Positions 62,645 to 64,000 of a DNA stretch of 64,000 bases are shown one piece after another. The position numbers and the translations under genes were made by a program. A model generated the notes under the pieces. The model saw only the letters and a list, made by a program, of their open reading frames with translations. It ran no database searches and was not told the DNA's origin. Numbering within the stretch: position 1 is the stretch's first letter; each line of letters begins with the position of its first letter. This DNA is from Schmidtea polychroa (Eukaryota). The stretch is taken from NCBI GenBank assembly GCA_044892525.1, contig CM097885.1, positions 34,102,001-34,166,000 of the forward strand, given 5' to 3'.

Positions 62645-63671
62645 TATTAAATCACATGTAAAAATAGAAATAATGATCGACAAATAAATACTTTGATGTC
62701 GGAGAAGATTCTTCGTATGAGGATTTGATTTTCTAAATATTAAATTAAATATTTATGCTATATTTTAAATTTGATATGTAGCTATTTTGATATGTTAACT
62801 ATTATATGCTTGAGTGGGTCTTTTAGTTTCTAGTTCAAATGTTATTATTTTATAATACTTGGATTGAATCCTTATCTAGAGAACAAGAAATTCCAAAAAT
62901 TCTGAATTCTTGAAAGTGACTATTTATCAATATTTTAAGCTTCTTTACATGAATATATTAAAACATTGATGATTACCAATACATTACTGAGTCATTTTAT
63001 TTGCTGTTAGGTGGATGTTATGTTATTTGACCGGTTTATTGGAAGCTTTTCTTACATAGATTCAAGATACTCCAAACGAAATTAATATATCTTCATTGTT
63101 GAGTTTCTGTGAATTTTAATTTTAAATTGGACTTGATCTTGCGATTAAATATTTTTCTTGATTCTTCTTTAAATTTATGACTAGAAACTTGCACATTTCA
63201 TTGTATATAAATCGATAAAATATCAAACCAAATTTTAAAATGACCCAATCAATATATATTAGAATAAATTTTCCAAACTATAATAATTCAGACACTAAAA
63301 TAAAGGATTATGTGATATATAAAAAGAAAAAAAATGTGGTTCTAAATTACAGGATTTAATAGATCGGCCTCAGCGAGCAGTTTAAGCAATTAGCTTTATT
63401 TTATGAATTTCAGTATGAATTTCAATGATGTGTATCCACTGGATCTTTTCTACTCTGATCATAAGTGCTTGTGTCATCGTTGATCATAGTATGTAGATAT
63501 CGCATGAACAATTGAGACAAATGTTCACCAGCCATAACCACATCATATGAAATAAATCCAAGTTAAATTTCATATTTCAATTATACGCATTGCTCAAACG
63601 AAGCCGAAAAAGTGCCATAGCATTATACAGGCGATGATTTTGCACTCAAGGCTTTTATCTGTACCGTTTTG

Positions 63672-63673
<2 letters not shown>

Positions 63674-63757
<84 letters not shown>
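63674..63757 (+). repeat. (TTA)n microsatellite
   Basis: Directly visible. Confidence 0.97.
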
Positions 63758-64000
63758 CATCATATTAACAATTTCATTAAACTCCATCTTAAATCTCAAA
63801 AGGAAAATGGTGAACTAAAAATGTTTTACCAAAAAATAAGTGTTCAATTTGAAAAATATGATTTTAATATTATTTCTTCCGAAAAATATATTGTTTCTGT
63901 TTCATTCAAAGGTCTAAATTTCTGGGCGCATATTTATCTTAATGATCCTTTTTCTTACTTTCCACAATGACGGTAATAAAATAAATAATCAGTCTTATTG

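Overview
Very AT-rich eukaryotic (invertebrate, plausibly flatworm; inferred, not shown) genomic window. Two host ion-channel genes converge: an otopetrin-family gene (+; exons 1579-1727, 4190-4468, 4509-5069, 43645-44289) and the 3' part of a Piezo gene (-; about 51752-62644). The ~38.6-kb last otopetrin intron holds a nest of mobile elements. (1) Polinton/Maverick A (9466-24826) is nearly complete: pPolB, fiber-like protein, penton, adenain, PZ-like, pX-like, ATPase, PLA2-integrase and major capsid, several with lesions. Its ends are unusual: 252-bp self-bounded terminal modules, five outward-facing tRNA-like Pol III units, and a 269-bp flanking duplication instead of a 6-bp TSD. (2) A Ty3/Gypsy LTR element (27284-42504) has its gag interrupted by (3) Polinton B (28023-38220, 6-bp TSD). 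Polinton B is a 10.2-kb fold-back palindrome lacking polymerase, capsid and protease. It carries two copies of a TATA-binding-protein homolog and genes with short spliceosomal introns. The rest of the window holds decayed Gypsy, Penelope (with minimal hammerhead ribozymes), Merlin-, pogo-, mariner- and hAT-type remnants.
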